From the NCBI GenBank assembly GCA_964349825.1, contig CAYGHM010000004.1, forward strand, positions 1 through 49,744: 49,744 nucleotides of DNA, in the 5' to 3' direction. Within the stretch, counting starts at the first letter, position 1. Every line of letters starts with the position of its first letter. Below the pieces are notes generated by a model. That model was not told the origin of the DNA and made no database searches. It saw only the letters and a list, made by a program, of their open reading frames with translations. Made by a program: the position numbers and the translations under genes. The DNA is from an uncultured Gammaproteobacteria bacterium. Its GTDB lineage: Bacteria > Patescibacteriota > Patescibacteriia > Magasanikbacterales > UBA922. Shown here piece after piece: positions 1-9,569 of this stretch.

Positions 1-32
1 ACTTTATACTGTATACTTTATTCTATAAATAT

Positions 33-677
33 ATGTCTGTTCAAGATATCTCAAAACTTCGTGAAATCACCGGTGCCGGCATGATGGATTGTAAAAAAGC
101 ACTCGATGAGGTGAATGGTAATTTTGATGCTGCTATTGATTTACTCCGCACAAAAGGAATTGCCAAAGCGGCAAAACGCGCAGATAAAGTTGCTGCAGAA
201 GGACTTGTGGGAAGTTATATTCATGGTGCAGGTAAAATCGGTGTATTGGTAGAAGTAAATTGTGAAACCGATTTTGTTGCCAAAAATGAAAATTTTCAAG
301 CATTTGTGTCTGATATTTCCATGCATATTGCTGCTGCGGCCCCACAATATGTGTCACCGGATCAAATTCCAGCTGATGTATTGGAACGAGAAAAAGCGGT
401 GTATCATGATCAATTAAAAAATGAAGGAAAACCAGCTGAAATGATTGAAAAGATTTTGGAAGGAAAACTCAATAAATTTTACGCCGAAGTGTGTTTGCTG
501 CAGCAAGCCTATATTAAAGATGAAGATAAAACGATTGAGCAATTGCTTGCTGAAAAAACTGCGGAGATTGGAGAAAAGGTGAGTGTTCGTCGTTTTTCCC
601 GCTTTGTCGTTGGGGAAGGAATTGAGAAAAAACAGGTAGATTATCTTGCTGAAGTGCAGGAACAACTCGCAGCATAA
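33..677 (+). CDS. tsf: Elongation factor Ts (short form, 214 aa)
   Basis: N-terminal UBA-like motif ISKLREITGAGMMDCKKAL, TKGIAKAAKRADKVAAEGLV, and VLVEVNCETDFVAKNENF core typical of EF-Ts. Complete ORF ending in TAA. Confidence 0.93.
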   Translation: MSVQDISKLREITGAGMMDCKKALDEVNGNFDAAIDLLRTKGIAKAAKRADKVAAEGLVGSYIHGAGKIGVLVEVNCETDFVAKNENFQAFVSDISMHIAAAAPQYVSPDQIPADVLEREKAVYHDQLKNEGKPAEMIEKILEGKLNKFYAEVCLLQQAYIKDEDKTIEQLLAEKTAEIGEKVSVRRFSRFVVGEGIEKKQVDYLAEVQEQLAA

Positions 678-702
678 ATAGCGAACCAAATCTGTGCACA
701 GA

Positions 703-727
703 CCTCCGATCTCTCGGAGGTTTTTTG
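703..727 (+). terminator. Intrinsic terminator after tsf
   Basis: Perfect 7-bp stem CCTCCGA/TCGGAGG with loop TCTC (703-720), followed by TTTTTT (721-726). Confidence 0.8.
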
Positions 728-740
728 TTGAGTCAAAATA

Positions 741-749
741 TGGTACAAT
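741..749 (+). promoter_or_regulatory. Extended -10 promoter element (TGGTACAAT) for the giant surface protein gene
   Basis: TGnTAnnnT match lying 14 nt upstream of ATG 763 and directly after the tsf terminator. Confidence 0.45.
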
Positions 750-762
750 CAGCGTACAAGTT

Positions 763-3700
763 ATGCGACAAATTTTACGAACGTATAAACGATTTGCACT
801 TATTTCATTCCTCATCTTTAGTGTAGTGTGGAATTTTGTTATTGGCGCGATTTTTTCGTTTGATCATCAGGAAGTACAGGCTTTGGCGGTGACGTGGGTT
901 GGTGCGGCAGCAGGAACATGGGAAACGGCAGCAAATTGGAGTTCTGGAGTTGTGCCGACTATCGATGATAATGTTTCGATTACGAGTTCAACGGCCAATA
1001 TTGTGGTTACTATATCTTCGGGACAGACGGCTTTGTTTAATCAGCTCATACTCGGGGGAGACGCGACGTACACGGCAGAATTAATTTTGGTAGGGAATCT
1101 AAGCACAAGCGGATCGGCACTTGGGAATATTACCGTTGCTTCAAAAGGAATAATTACTCAAAACAATACAACCACTCAAACAATTATCGGCACTCTTTTA
1201 GTTGAAAGTGGTGGTGTTTTGACGCATACAGCGAATACTGCAGCACATCTATACGAGGTTGATTTTTCTGCTGCGACTATAACGTTGAACGCAGGTGGTT
1301 TTGTTAGTTCTACTGGTCGTGGTTTTGTCGGAGGGACACTTGCGAATAACGGATCAGGTCCAGGGGGAGGAATATATAATGGGGGCAGTGATGGAGGAAT
1401 TAGTACTGATGCCGGAAGTGGCGGTGGACATGGGGGGAATGGGGGATATCATAAAGATGGTCTCGGTGCGGGTATAGGATATTGTGATGTAAGTTCAGTA
1501 TCAACATTGGGTTCAGGAGGGGGTGGCGGAGGAAATGCAACTGGAGGAGCCGGGGGAGGACTTATCCGATTACAAGCCTCAGGAACAGCAACTATTAATG
1601 GAACATTGAGCGCTCTCGGTACAGATGGCGGCGAGGACGGAGCACGTGATGCTGGTGGAGGTGCTGGTGGAGGAATTTATGTCAGTGCCAATACGATTGC
1701 CGGTTCTCCGGATAGTCTTTCAGTAGTAGGAGGAGGAAGTGGAAATGGAAATTCCGGGGGTGCCGGTGGTGGCGGATGTATTTTATTTTCTTATGTTAAT
1801 ACGAATTCTATTACTAGTGCGACCATGAATGGTGGGGTAGGATATCAGAATGCAGGTTCAGGAAAATTTCTTTATAAAAAAACCGGTGAAAACGGAACCT
1901 TAGTAGTCACGGGGTCTAGCTCTGATGGGGCGTACACACCACAAGCAGTGTCGAGCCTCACTGTCGATGACTTGAGATTGGCAAATAGTGCTATTTATAC
2001 AGTTACCTCTTCAGAAGCGCTTATTCTTTCGGCTGCGAGCCCTTTTTCTTCTGGTGATGGCACAGGAAAACTTATTATAGAGAGTGGGGGAACCTTTACT
2101 CCGACATCGACCGTCAATTTTACTATTGCCAATGCTACGTTGCAACTATCTCGAAACGCGACATTTACTAGTTCTTCAACACTGGATATTATTATTGGAA
2201 ATTCAGGTACATTTGATTTGCGCAATTATACCGTGTCAGCGCCATTGACACTGGATACGCTTACTATCCAAAGTGGAGGAACTATGACACATGGCGCTAA
2301 TACAACAGCACAAACTCATGTGGTATTCGTGAGCGCTACTACAGTTGATATTCAATCGGGGGGTACTGTTAATGTGACAGGCAAGGGATATACAGGTGGT
2401 GCTGCATTGGCTGCGGGAAACGGACCTGGGGCCGGTGTGTATGCAACTGCTGAAGCTGGTTCTGGAGCTGGACATGGTGGAGCCGGAGGAGCTGATGCAA
2501 ATAGCGATGCTGGAGGTGCAGCATATTGTGTGACAACTACTCCTGCAACTATCGGGTCCGGCGGTGGAGGTGGAGGGGACGCAATTGGTGGTGCTGGAGG
2601 TGGATTAGCAAGTTTTACAACAACAGGTAATTTAACGGTTGCAGGATCAATTGTGGCAAGCGGATCTGCGGGTGCGGCTGGTGGCACTGGCGCACGTGAT
2701 GCGGGTGGCGGAGCTGGTGGTGCGATTAAGTTGTATGGTGTAGGAAGCGTCACCGTGAGCGGTTCTTTAACAGTAAATGGTGGAGCGAGTGGAGCAAACG
2801 GTGCACAAGATGGTGGTGGCGGTGGTGGCGGATGTACATATATTGAATACGGAAGTTTAACTTTAAGTGGTTCCCATAGTGAGAGTGGTGGTACCGGGTC
2901 AACAGCCGGATCTTCGGGAAATTATGGAGCGGCTGCACTTAATGGTACCCCAACAGTTACTTCATATATTTCACCCTCCGTCGCAAGAGATGGAGAAGGG
3001 AACGTAACGGTTACTACGACAGTATCAGATGCGGATAATAATACGGTGTCATTATATGTTGACCATTCATTAGATGGTGGTAGTACCTGGGCATCCTCGA
3101 GTATTATGAGTGCGTCAGCTACTTCAGGTTCTCCTTCTGCTGGGACTGGTGTTATTACGTCTATTTCTAATACATCAGGAGGAAATGCGCTTACATTCGT
3201 ATGGTCATCGTTTGATGATGCGGTGACATCAACCTCAAATGTAAAATTACGTATCACTCCTTTTGATGGAACTATTAGTGGAACAACAGTTTCTTCTTCT
3301 TTGTTTACAATTGATAATATTGAGCCGACAGTGCCGGGAAATTTAAGTGCGTCAGTCACATCGACCACAAGTTTGACACTTGGATTTGGTTCAGTATCAA
3401 GCGATACAAATTTTTCAGAGTATAAAATACTTTATCATACTGGTTCCTCGTTTAATCTTGCCAGCTCAACAGCATTCTCTTCTTCTTCTGATCTGAATCT
3501 TGGTTCGGTTAGTTTTGGTGGTGCTGCCACAACAACGATTTCAGGCCTTACCGCGAATACACAATATGTTTTTAGAACAGCTGTCTACGATAGTTATGGT
3601 AATACAAATTTTTCTGCTGCATCTTTGGCGGGATATACTGCTGCTAGCACTCCGTCGTCTGTGTCAGGTTCATTGAGTGGAAGTGCGGCGACAATTTCTT

Positions 3701-6099
3701 GGTCAAGTAATGCAACATCCTATTATGTGGAAAATACAACCGCAGGAACCAATTCTGGTTGGACAGGAGCGACTTCGTATGAATTTAGTGGCCTTGTTTG
3801 TGGGCGTACCTATTCTTTTACTGTAAAGGGAAGAAATGGTGATTTAGTGGAAACTGCTACTGCTTCGACATCAGTAACTACCGCGACCTGTCCTTCGTCT
3901 GGATTTATTCCACCGCCGACTCCAACACCAACACCGGAACCAGCACCAGAGCCTGTTGCAGAACCAGTTATTGAAGCACCTGTGGTGGACGAACCAGTGG
4001 TAGCAGAACCCGAGCCTGAACCAGTACAAGAAGCTAAGGTAGTTAAACCGCAAGAAAAATCAGTTGAGAAAGCAGTGGTGCCCCCCGCAACAACTGCAGA
4101 ACAGGTAGCACCAAATACACAGGGGTCAGATCCTGCTCCTATTGCGAGTGCTCCCGGTTCAACAGGTGTGCCGATCAGTACGGTTAATCTTCCTGAAGTA
4201 GGGGTAAAAGTGGTGAAGTTTGGGGAAGTATTAAAAGTAACCAACAATCGATTGGTTGATTTGGCTTTAGATACAACATATCCAAAAGTAAGTATTCAAG
4301 ACCAGTCAGGAAAGAGTATTGAGCAAATAAATGCAGATGCGACTATACCCTGGGAACTTAATGGTGAAGATGGCCGAAAGTGTATTACCGCGACATTTTA
4401 TGATGTCAACGGAAACATGGCAAAACAAAAAGTTACCTGTGTTGATTTGGATACGATAGCGCCACCTCCTCCACAAGTTAATATAGTTGATACAAAAATT
4501 TCATTTGAACAGCAGGGAAAGAAAGTAACCGTTCGTGGTAATGGTGAACCAGAATCGGTTATTGAACTTCGTATTTATCGTATTGGGTCGCTTCCAAAAA
4601 CAGCGATGAACGCATCGTCTTTATGGGATATGTTTATTGCCCCTGCTTATGCGGCAACAGAAGGTTTTTTCTTGACTAAGACTGATGCGAATGGAAAATG
4701 GTCATTTACTTTTCCTGATATTTTTGAAGAGGGAAAATATGAAATTGAAGCAATGGCAAAAGATGAAGCAGGGAATACGTCAGCTCCGGTAAAAACGAGT
4801 TTTTTAGTGGCTATTGAAACAGCAGAAGCCGTAGTTCAGGCAGTGGCAGAAGTTATTAATAATCCAGAAGTTGAGCGTATTAATGAAACATACGTCGCGC
4901 CTGCTATCGTGGGTGTTGGTGTTGCCAATGTTGCGGCGACCGGCTCTCAGCTTCCTCAAGTACTTATTTATTTGAAATTTTTGTTCACACAGCCAATTTT
5001 ATTATTACGCCGTAGAAAACATAAAACATGGGGAACGGTGTACAATGCATTTACCAAACAACCTGTTGATCTTGCCACTGTACGGTTAGTTCATCATGAA
5101 CAAGGAAATATAATCCGCTCCCAAGTAACAGATACACAGGGACGTTATTATATGTTTGGTGAGCCGGGAGAATATCGTTTAGAGGTTGATAAAAATGGAT
5201 TCGGTGGTATTAGTGGTATTGTGAAAGAAAAAGAAGAAGATGGTACCTATTTGCGTTTGTATCACGGAGATCCATTGAAGATAAATAGTGAACATACAGA
5301 GATTAATTACAGTATTCCACTTGAACCGCTTGGCCAGGATAAACCTGTAGAAAAATTAATTCGCGAACGCGCCATCCAATTTGTTCAGCATACTATTTCT
5401 TTGGCCGGTGTTACTGCAACAGGTGTGTCTTTTATCATTTCCCCTGAATTGAAAGTTGGTCTTTTCTTTGCCTTGCATCTCGTTTTCTATGCTATTTCTT
5501 ATAAATTTACTCATATAAAATTACCAGAATCTTTTGGTACGGTTCGTGCGGCAAATAATAAAAAAGGACTTCATAATGTTGTCGTTCGTGTTTTTGATTC
5601 AGCATATAATAAACTAGTCACTACTACACTTACTGATAGAAAAGGAAGATATGCAGCGCTTGTGGGTCCGAGTGTCTATTACGTTGCCTACGAAAAGCCG
5701 GGATATGAAACCAAAAAGAGCGAAACTATTGATTATGGCAGCAATAAAACTCAAGGCATGGGTGGTATGATTGTGCGAGATGAAGAGTTACCGCCGTTTG
5801 TTGCTGGGAAAACAAGTAAAGAAACGATTGTTTCTTTACCAACTTCAGAAGAAAAATCGCCTGTTGCTGTTGTAAAAAATAAACTGCGCGCATCATCTGC
5901 ACCATTATCTGCCAAGTCGGAAAAATATACGGTTATGCCAACGGTGGAAGAAAAAAAACCCGTGGTTACCCAGGCAAAACCTGTGTTAGATAGTACATCA
6001 ATGAATGTGGATATGCCGATATTGCCAAAGAAAAAAAGTAAGAGTGATGATGACTCTATTGCTGACGATATCATTGCACAGTGGAAGCAGAATCACTAA
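763..6099 (+). CDS. Giant membrane-anchored surface protein (about 1,778 aa). It has two Gly-rich beta-helix-like modules, FN3/Ig-like segments, a Pro-rich linker, and C-terminal TM helices interleaved with CarboxypepD_reg-like domains.
   Basis: ORF track gives 694..6099, but ATG 694 lies inside the tsf terminator, so the start was moved to ATG 763 (MRQILRTYKRF plus hydrophobic helix). Duplicated Gly-rich modules lie at about nt 1189-1891 and 2257-2926. Linker is PTPTPTPEPAPEPVAEP. C-terminal segments GTVYNAFTKQPV..GRYYMFGEPGEYRLEV and GTVRAANNKKGL..GRYAALVGPSVYYVAYEKPGYE are flanked by hydrophobic helices. Confidence 0.8.
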   Translation: MRQILRTYKRFALISFLIFSVVWNFVIGAIFSFDHQEVQALAVTWVGAAAGTWETAANWSSGVVPTIDDNVSITSSTANIVVTISSGQTALFNQLILGGDATYTAELILVGNLSTSGSALGNITVASKGIITQNNTTTQTIIGTLLVESGGVLTHTANTAAHLYEVDFSAATITLNAGGFVSSTGRGFVGGTLANNGSGPGGGIYNGGSDGGISTDAGSGGGHGGNGGYHKDGLGAGIGYCDVSSVSTLGSGGGGGGNATGGAGGGLIRLQASGTATINGTLSALGTDGGEDGARDAGGGAGGGIYVSANTIAGSPDSLSVVGGGSGNGNSGGAGGGGCILFSYVNTNSITSATMNGGVGYQNAGSGKFLYKKTGENGTLVVTGSSSDGAYTPQAVSSLTVDDLRLANSAIYTVTSSEALILSAASPFSSGDGTGKLIIESGGTFTPTSTVNFTIANATLQLSRNATFTSSSTLDIIIGNSGTFDLRNYTVSAPLTLDTLTIQSGGTMTHGANTTAQTHVVFVSATTVDIQSGGTVNVTGKGYTGGAALAAGNGPGAGVYATAEAGSGAGHGGAGGADANSDAGGAAYCVTTTPATIGSGGGGGGDAIGGAGGGLASFTTTGNLTVAGSIVASGSAGAAGGTGARDAGGGAGGAIKLYGVGSVTVSGSLTVNGGASGANGAQDGGGGGGGCTYIEYGSLTLSGSHSESGGTGSTAGSSGNYGAAALNGTPTVTSYISPSVARDGEGNVTVTTTVSDADNNTVSLYVDHSLDGGSTWASSSIMSASATSGSPSAGTGVITSISNTSGGNALTFVWSSFDDAVTSTSNVKLRITPFDGTISGTTVSSSLFTIDNIEPTVPGNLSASVTSTTSLTLGFGSVSSDTNFSEYKILYHTGSSFNLASSTAFSSSSDLNLGSVSFGGAATTTISGLTANTQYVFRTAVYDSYGNTNFSAASLAGYTAASTPSSVSGSLSGSAATISWSSNATSYYVENTTAGTNSGWTGATSYEFSGLVCGRTYSFTVKGRNGDLVETATASTSVTTATCPSSGFIPPPTPTPTPEPAPEPVAEPVIEAPVVDEPVVAEPEPEPVQEAKVVKPQEKSVEKAVVPPATTAEQVAPNTQGSDPAPIASAPGSTGVPISTVNLPEVGVKVVKFGEVLKVTNNRLVDLALDTTYPKVSIQDQSGKSIEQINADATIPWELNGEDGRKCITATFYDVNGNMAKQKVTCVDLDTIAPPPPQVNIVDTKISFEQQGKKVTVRGNGEPESVIELRIYRIGSLPKTAMNASSLWDMFIAPAYAATEGFFLTKTDANGKWSFTFPDIFEEGKYEIEAMAKDEAGNTSAPVKTSFLVAIETAEAVVQAVAEVINNPEVERINETYVAPAIVGVGVANVAATGSQLPQVLIYLKFLFTQPILLLRRRKHKTWGTVYNAFTKQPVDLATVRLVHHEQGNIIRSQVTDTQGRYYMFGEPGEYRLEVDKNGFGGISGIVKEKEEDGTYLRLYHGDPLKINSEHTEINYSIPLEPLGQDKPVEKLIRERAIQFVQHTISLAGVTATGVSFIISPELKVGLFFALHLVFYAISYKFTHIKLPESFGTVRAANNKKGLHNVVVRVFDSAYNKLVTTTLTDRKGRYAALVGPSVYYVAYEKPGYETKKSETIDYGSNKTQGMGGMIVRDEELPPFVAGKTSKETIVSLPTSEEKSPVAVVKNKLRASSAPLSAKSEKYTVMPTVEEKKPVVTQAKPVLDSTSMNVDMPILPKKKSKSDDDSIADDIIAQWKQNH

Positions 6100-6157
6100 A
6101 TCGTCAAAGCATTAAAATATAAAAACATAAAAGCATTAGAGTATTAATTTTTTTTAA

Positions 6158-6166
6158 TGATATAAT
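6158..6166 (+). promoter_or_regulatory. Extended -10 promoter (TGATATAAT) for gap; the mRNA is probably leaderless or near-leaderless
   Basis: TG-n-TATAAT ends 8 nt before ATG 6175. No Shine-Dalgarno sequence lies between them. Confidence 0.5.
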
Positions 6167-6174
6167 AAATCTCT

Positions 6175-7179
6175 ATGTCAAAAGTACGCATTGCTATTAA
6201 TGGCTTCGGTCGTATCGGGCGTCACACACTCAAGGTTGCCGCAAAGAAAAAAAATATTGAAATTGTCGCAATCAATGATTTAACAGATACAAAAACATTG
6301 GCGCATTTATTGAAATATGATACCTCATATCCAGATTTTGATATGACAGTATCTCATGATGAAAAGCATTTGATTGTGGGAAAAAAGAAAGTACTTGCCT
6401 TTGCTGAGAAAGATCCGGCTATGTTGCCATGGAAAAAATTAAAAGTGGATGTGGTAATAGAATCTACCGGAAGGTTTACTGATGTTGCTGGGGCAGGTCT
6501 CCATCTGAAGGCAGGGGCAAAGAAGGTGATCATTTCCGCTCCGAGTAAAAATGATGAAATACATACATATGTACGCGGAGTAAATTCCGATGCGTATGCG
6601 AAAGAGGTGATAATTGATAATGCATCCTGTACCACAAATAGCGCTGCACCGGTCATGATGGTGCTTGAGCGTGTGTTTGGTGTGGAGAAAGCTATGCTTT
6701 CAACTATTCATTCTTATACTGCTGATCAGAATCTTCAGGACGGTCCGCATCGTGATTTGCGACGTGCGCGTGCGGCAGCTCAAAATATAGTTCCGACATC
6801 AACTGGAGCTGCTATTGCGGTAACTCGTGTTATCCCGAGTTTGGTAAATAAATTTGATGGCACATCATTTCGTGTACCGACTGCTACTGTATCGCTTACT
6901 GATCTCACCGTGCTCCTTAAAAAAGATGTGGCGGTAGACCAAGTAAATGCAGCGCTTGTAAAAGCATCAAAAACATATTTGAAAGGTATATTGGCTGTCA
7001 CTGACGAACCGTTGGTATCAAGTGATTTTATTGGTAACCCGGCATCTTCTATCGTAGACCTAGAACTTACTGCAGTTGTCGGGGGCAATCTTCTCAAGGT
7101 TGTTGCTTGGTATGACAATGAATGGGGATATGCGAATAGATTGGTTGAAATGGCGGAAATCATGGGAAAGAAAAAATAA
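6175..7179 (+). CDS. gap: Glyceraldehyde-3-phosphate dehydrogenase
   Basis: INGFGRIGR Rossmann motif, catalytic SCTTNS, and C-terminal WYDNEWGYANRLVEM. Confidence 0.95.
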   Translation: MSKVRIAINGFGRIGRHTLKVAAKKKNIEIVAINDLTDTKTLAHLLKYDTSYPDFDMTVSHDEKHLIVGKKKVLAFAEKDPAMLPWKKLKVDVVIESTGRFTDVAGAGLHLKAGAKKVIISAPSKNDEIHTYVRGVNSDAYAKEVIIDNASCTTNSAAPVMMVLERVFGVEKAMLSTIHSYTADQNLQDGPHRDLRRARAAAQNIVPTSTGAAIAVTRVIPSLVNKFDGTSFRVPTATVSLTDLTVLLKKDVAVDQVNAALVKASKTYLKGILAVTDEPLVSSDFIGNPASSIVDLELTAVVGGNLLKVVAWYDNEWGYANRLVEMAEIMGKKK

Positions 7180-7185
7180 TTTATT

Positions 7186-8373
7186 ATGCCAACCCTTCCA
7201 TCATTAAAACAAATCCGTAAATTAGACGGCAAACGCGTATTGGTACGGGTTGATTTTAATGTTCCTGTCGTGAAGAAAAAAGTGATGGATGAAGCGCGTT
7301 TAATTGCAACATTACCAACAATTCAGTATCTAACAGAACGTGGTGCGCGAGTTATTTTGGTAAGCCATCTGGGAAGACCGGAAGGAAAAAAGAAAGTAGC
7401 TCTTTCGTTGCAGCCGGTTGCAGAAAGACTTTCACAACTTCTTCGAAAAAAGGTGATACAGTTACCTGACTATAAAGGGGAAAAAGTGGAGCAAGTAATT
7501 GCTCGTATGAAACCGGGAGGTATTGTTATGTTGGAAAATATTCGTTTTTCTAAAGATGAAGAAGGAAATAAGGGGGCACTTGGAGAATATCTTTCTACAT
7601 TGGCGGATGTATTTGTTCTTGATGGATTTGGTGTGGCGCATCGTGCTGACGCATCAGTGGTTGGGGTAACACCACATCTTCCAAGCTATGCAGGATTACT
7701 TCTTGAAAAAGAAATAGATGGTCTTTCGTATATTATGAAAGCCAAACGACATCCAGGCGTATTTGTTTTGGGTGGTGCAAAAAGTGAGACAAAAATTCCT
7801 GTATTAAAAAATTTCTTATCTCGCGCAGATGCTATCCTTCTTGGTGGCGCATTGTATAATACGTATCTTTTTTCATTAGGGTATAAAATAGGTGATTCAT
7901 TGGTAGATGTGAAGATGGTAAAAGAAGCAAAAAAATATGCTGGACATGCCAAGGTCATTACACCGATTGACGTTATTGTTGGGAAAAAAGATGGCTCTGA
8001 ATACCGCCAAGTTCGTATCAAAAAATTTCAAAAAACAATTTGTCAAAAAGGGGAGGCTATCCTTGATATCGGTCCTGAAACTATCGGCTTATTTGCTTCC
8101 TATATTAAAGAAGCAAAAATTATCATATGGAATGGCGCGCTTGGATATTTTGAGCAGCCGCCATACGATATTGGTACCAAGTCTATTGCGCGACTCGTTG
8201 CTGCGCGATCCAAAGGGAAAGCGTATGGTGTGATTGGAGGGGGAGAGACGGTTCAAGTGATGGATCAAGTACACATGTCCCAGTATATTGATCTTGTATC
8301 TACAGGCGGGGGAGCTATGTTGGAATTTTTGTCTGGAAAAAATCTTCCTGGTATTGACGCACTTCGAAAATAG
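7186..8373 (+). CDS. pgk: Phosphoglycerate kinase
   Basis: KRVLVRVDFNVP, VSHLGRP, ENIRF and GGGETV..STGGGAMLEFL motifs. Starts 6 nt after the gap stop. Confidence 0.95.
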   Translation: MPTLPSLKQIRKLDGKRVLVRVDFNVPVVKKKVMDEARLIATLPTIQYLTERGARVILVSHLGRPEGKKKVALSLQPVAERLSQLLRKKVIQLPDYKGEKVEQVIARMKPGGIVMLENIRFSKDEEGNKGALGEYLSTLADVFVLDGFGVAHRADASVVGVTPHLPSYAGLLLEKEIDGLSYIMKAKRHPGVFVLGGAKSETKIPVLKNFLSRADAILLGGALYNTYLFSLGYKIGDSLVDVKMVKEAKKYAGHAKVITPIDVIVGKKDGSEYRQVRIKKFQKTICQKGEAILDIGPETIGLFASYIKEAKIIIWNGALGYFEQPPYDIGTKSIARLVAARSKGKAYGVIGGGETVQVMDQVHMSQYIDLVSTGGGAMLEFLSGKNLPGIDALRK

Positions 8374-8383
8374 TTGTGTGGTG

Positions 8384-8392
8384 TGGTATAAT
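8384..8392 (+). promoter_or_regulatory. Extended -10 element (TGGTATAAT) upstream of the SIMPL-like gene
   Basis: TGnTATAAT 11 nt after the pgk stop and about 80 nt upstream of ATG 8472. Confidence 0.4.
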
Positions 8393-8471
8393 AAAAAAGA
8401 ATAAAAGTTATTAGGCTTGTTTTTTCTTTTTTATTATACTATTCCTCAAATTTTTTCATTATCTTATTTAT

Positions 8472-9344
8472 ATGTCTGTCAAATCTCGTTCTTCTAAATC
8501 TGCTTCCCACAAAGAAGTGGAAGAAATGATTCCTGTCGCTTGCTGTGTCGACGGAACATGCGATAGTTGCTACACCCCGATGATGGGACGCAATACGCGC
8601 AAAATTTTTTATACCTTACTTGGTATTTTACTTGTGTATGTTATTGTATGGATGGCAACATTAATTCGTAATAATTTGGTTCGTTACGACCATATTGGTC
8701 AGGCAGATAGACAGGAACGCCAAATTACTTTGAGTGCTGATGCAAAGGTAACCGCATCTCCAGATATTGCAATGACTACGGTTGGTATGAACAGCCAAGG
8801 AAAAACAGTAGCTGAAGCACAGCAACAAAATACCCAAGTCATGAATGGATTAATTGAAAAAATGAAGGCACTTGGTATTGATGAGAAAGATATTCAAACC
8901 AGCAATTACAACATTTATCCACAATATAATTATACAGAAAAAGAAGGGCAAGTATTGAAGGGATATGAAGTAAGTCAGTCTGTTACGGTAAAAATTCGTG
9001 ATATTCAAAAAGCAAATCAAGTATTGGCTGCTGCGGGAGAAGCTGGGGCAAATAATGTCGGCGGTCTTCAATTTACTATTGATAATCCAGAAACATATTT
9101 AGCTGAAGCGCGAGAAAAAGCACTCGAAAAAATTGCTGAGAAAAAAGCGGCACTGGAAGAGAGTCTCGGTGTTCAGCTTGGTGAAATTATTTCTTATTAC
9201 GAAAGTGAGGGGCAAAATGGCGCATACCCAATGTACAAATCAGTAGCAGAGGACGCAATGGGTGGAGCTGCTGCACCAAATATTCAGTCAGGAAGTATGG
9301 ATGTTGTTCTTATGGTAAATGTTGCATACCAAGTACGATCATAA
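8472..9344 (+). CDS. Membrane-anchored SIMPL/DUF541-like protein
   Basis: Cys-rich N-terminus (ACCVDGTCDSCY), one TM helix (IFYTLLGILLVYVIVWMATL), then a SIMPL-like pattern: ITLSADAKVTASPDIA..AEAQQQNTQVMNGLIEKMKALGI..IQTSNYNIYPQY..GYEVSQSVTVKIRD. Confidence 0.65.
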   Translation: MSVKSRSSKSASHKEVEEMIPVACCVDGTCDSCYTPMMGRNTRKIFYTLLGILLVYVIVWMATLIRNNLVRYDHIGQADRQERQITLSADAKVTASPDIAMTTVGMNSQGKTVAEAQQQNTQVMNGLIEKMKALGIDEKDIQTSNYNIYPQYNYTEKEGQVLKGYEVSQSVTVKIRDIQKANQVLAAAGEAGANNVGGLQFTIDNPETYLAEAREKALEKIAEKKAALEESLGVQLGEIISYYESEGQNGAYPMYKSVAEDAMGGAAAPNIQSGSMDVVLMVNVAYQVRS

Positions 9345-9353
9345 ATAAATAAT

Positions 9354-9563
9354 ATGGATCACAATGATTTGACCAAAGAAGAACAGGCTCGTTTGGCAGA
9401 AATCTTTGCTGATCCTAAAAGAAAATTTCAATTTTTAACGGTTGTGGCTGCGCATATACATGATTTTGAGAATTGGTATGCGCAGGAACTCCATAAAGAA
9501 AGAAAAACCATAGATGATGCTGATGTGGTGAATAAATTGAGAAAATTAATTGCTGATTCTTAG
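9354..9563 (+). CDS. Small helical protein, copy 1 of a duplicated two-gene module (69 aa)
   Basis: Paralogous to 11113..11328. Shared KEEQ/KDEQ, ADPKRKFQFL/ADPKKRYQLL, FENW/FGEW and LRKLI/LRRLI. Confidence 0.6.
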   Translation: MDHNDLTKEEQARLAEIFADPKRKFQFLTVVAAHIHDFENWYAQELHKERKTIDDADVVNKLRKLIADS

Positions 9564-9569
9564 AACTCT

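Noticed and set aside
694-762. Annotated ORF start at ATG 694 for the giant surface protein
   Set aside because: This ATG sits inside the tsf terminator hairpin and upstream of the TGGTACAAT -10 box. The first 23 codons look non-protein-like. ATG 763, followed by a basic stretch and a hydrophobic helix, is a better start.
2352-2753. 133-aa Pro/Ala-rich antisense ORF (plus several others between 1995 and 4247) inside the Gly-rich gene
   Set aside because: It is the mirror image of GGN-rich codons on the sense strand. It has no independent start context and lies fully within a strongly supported + strand CDS.
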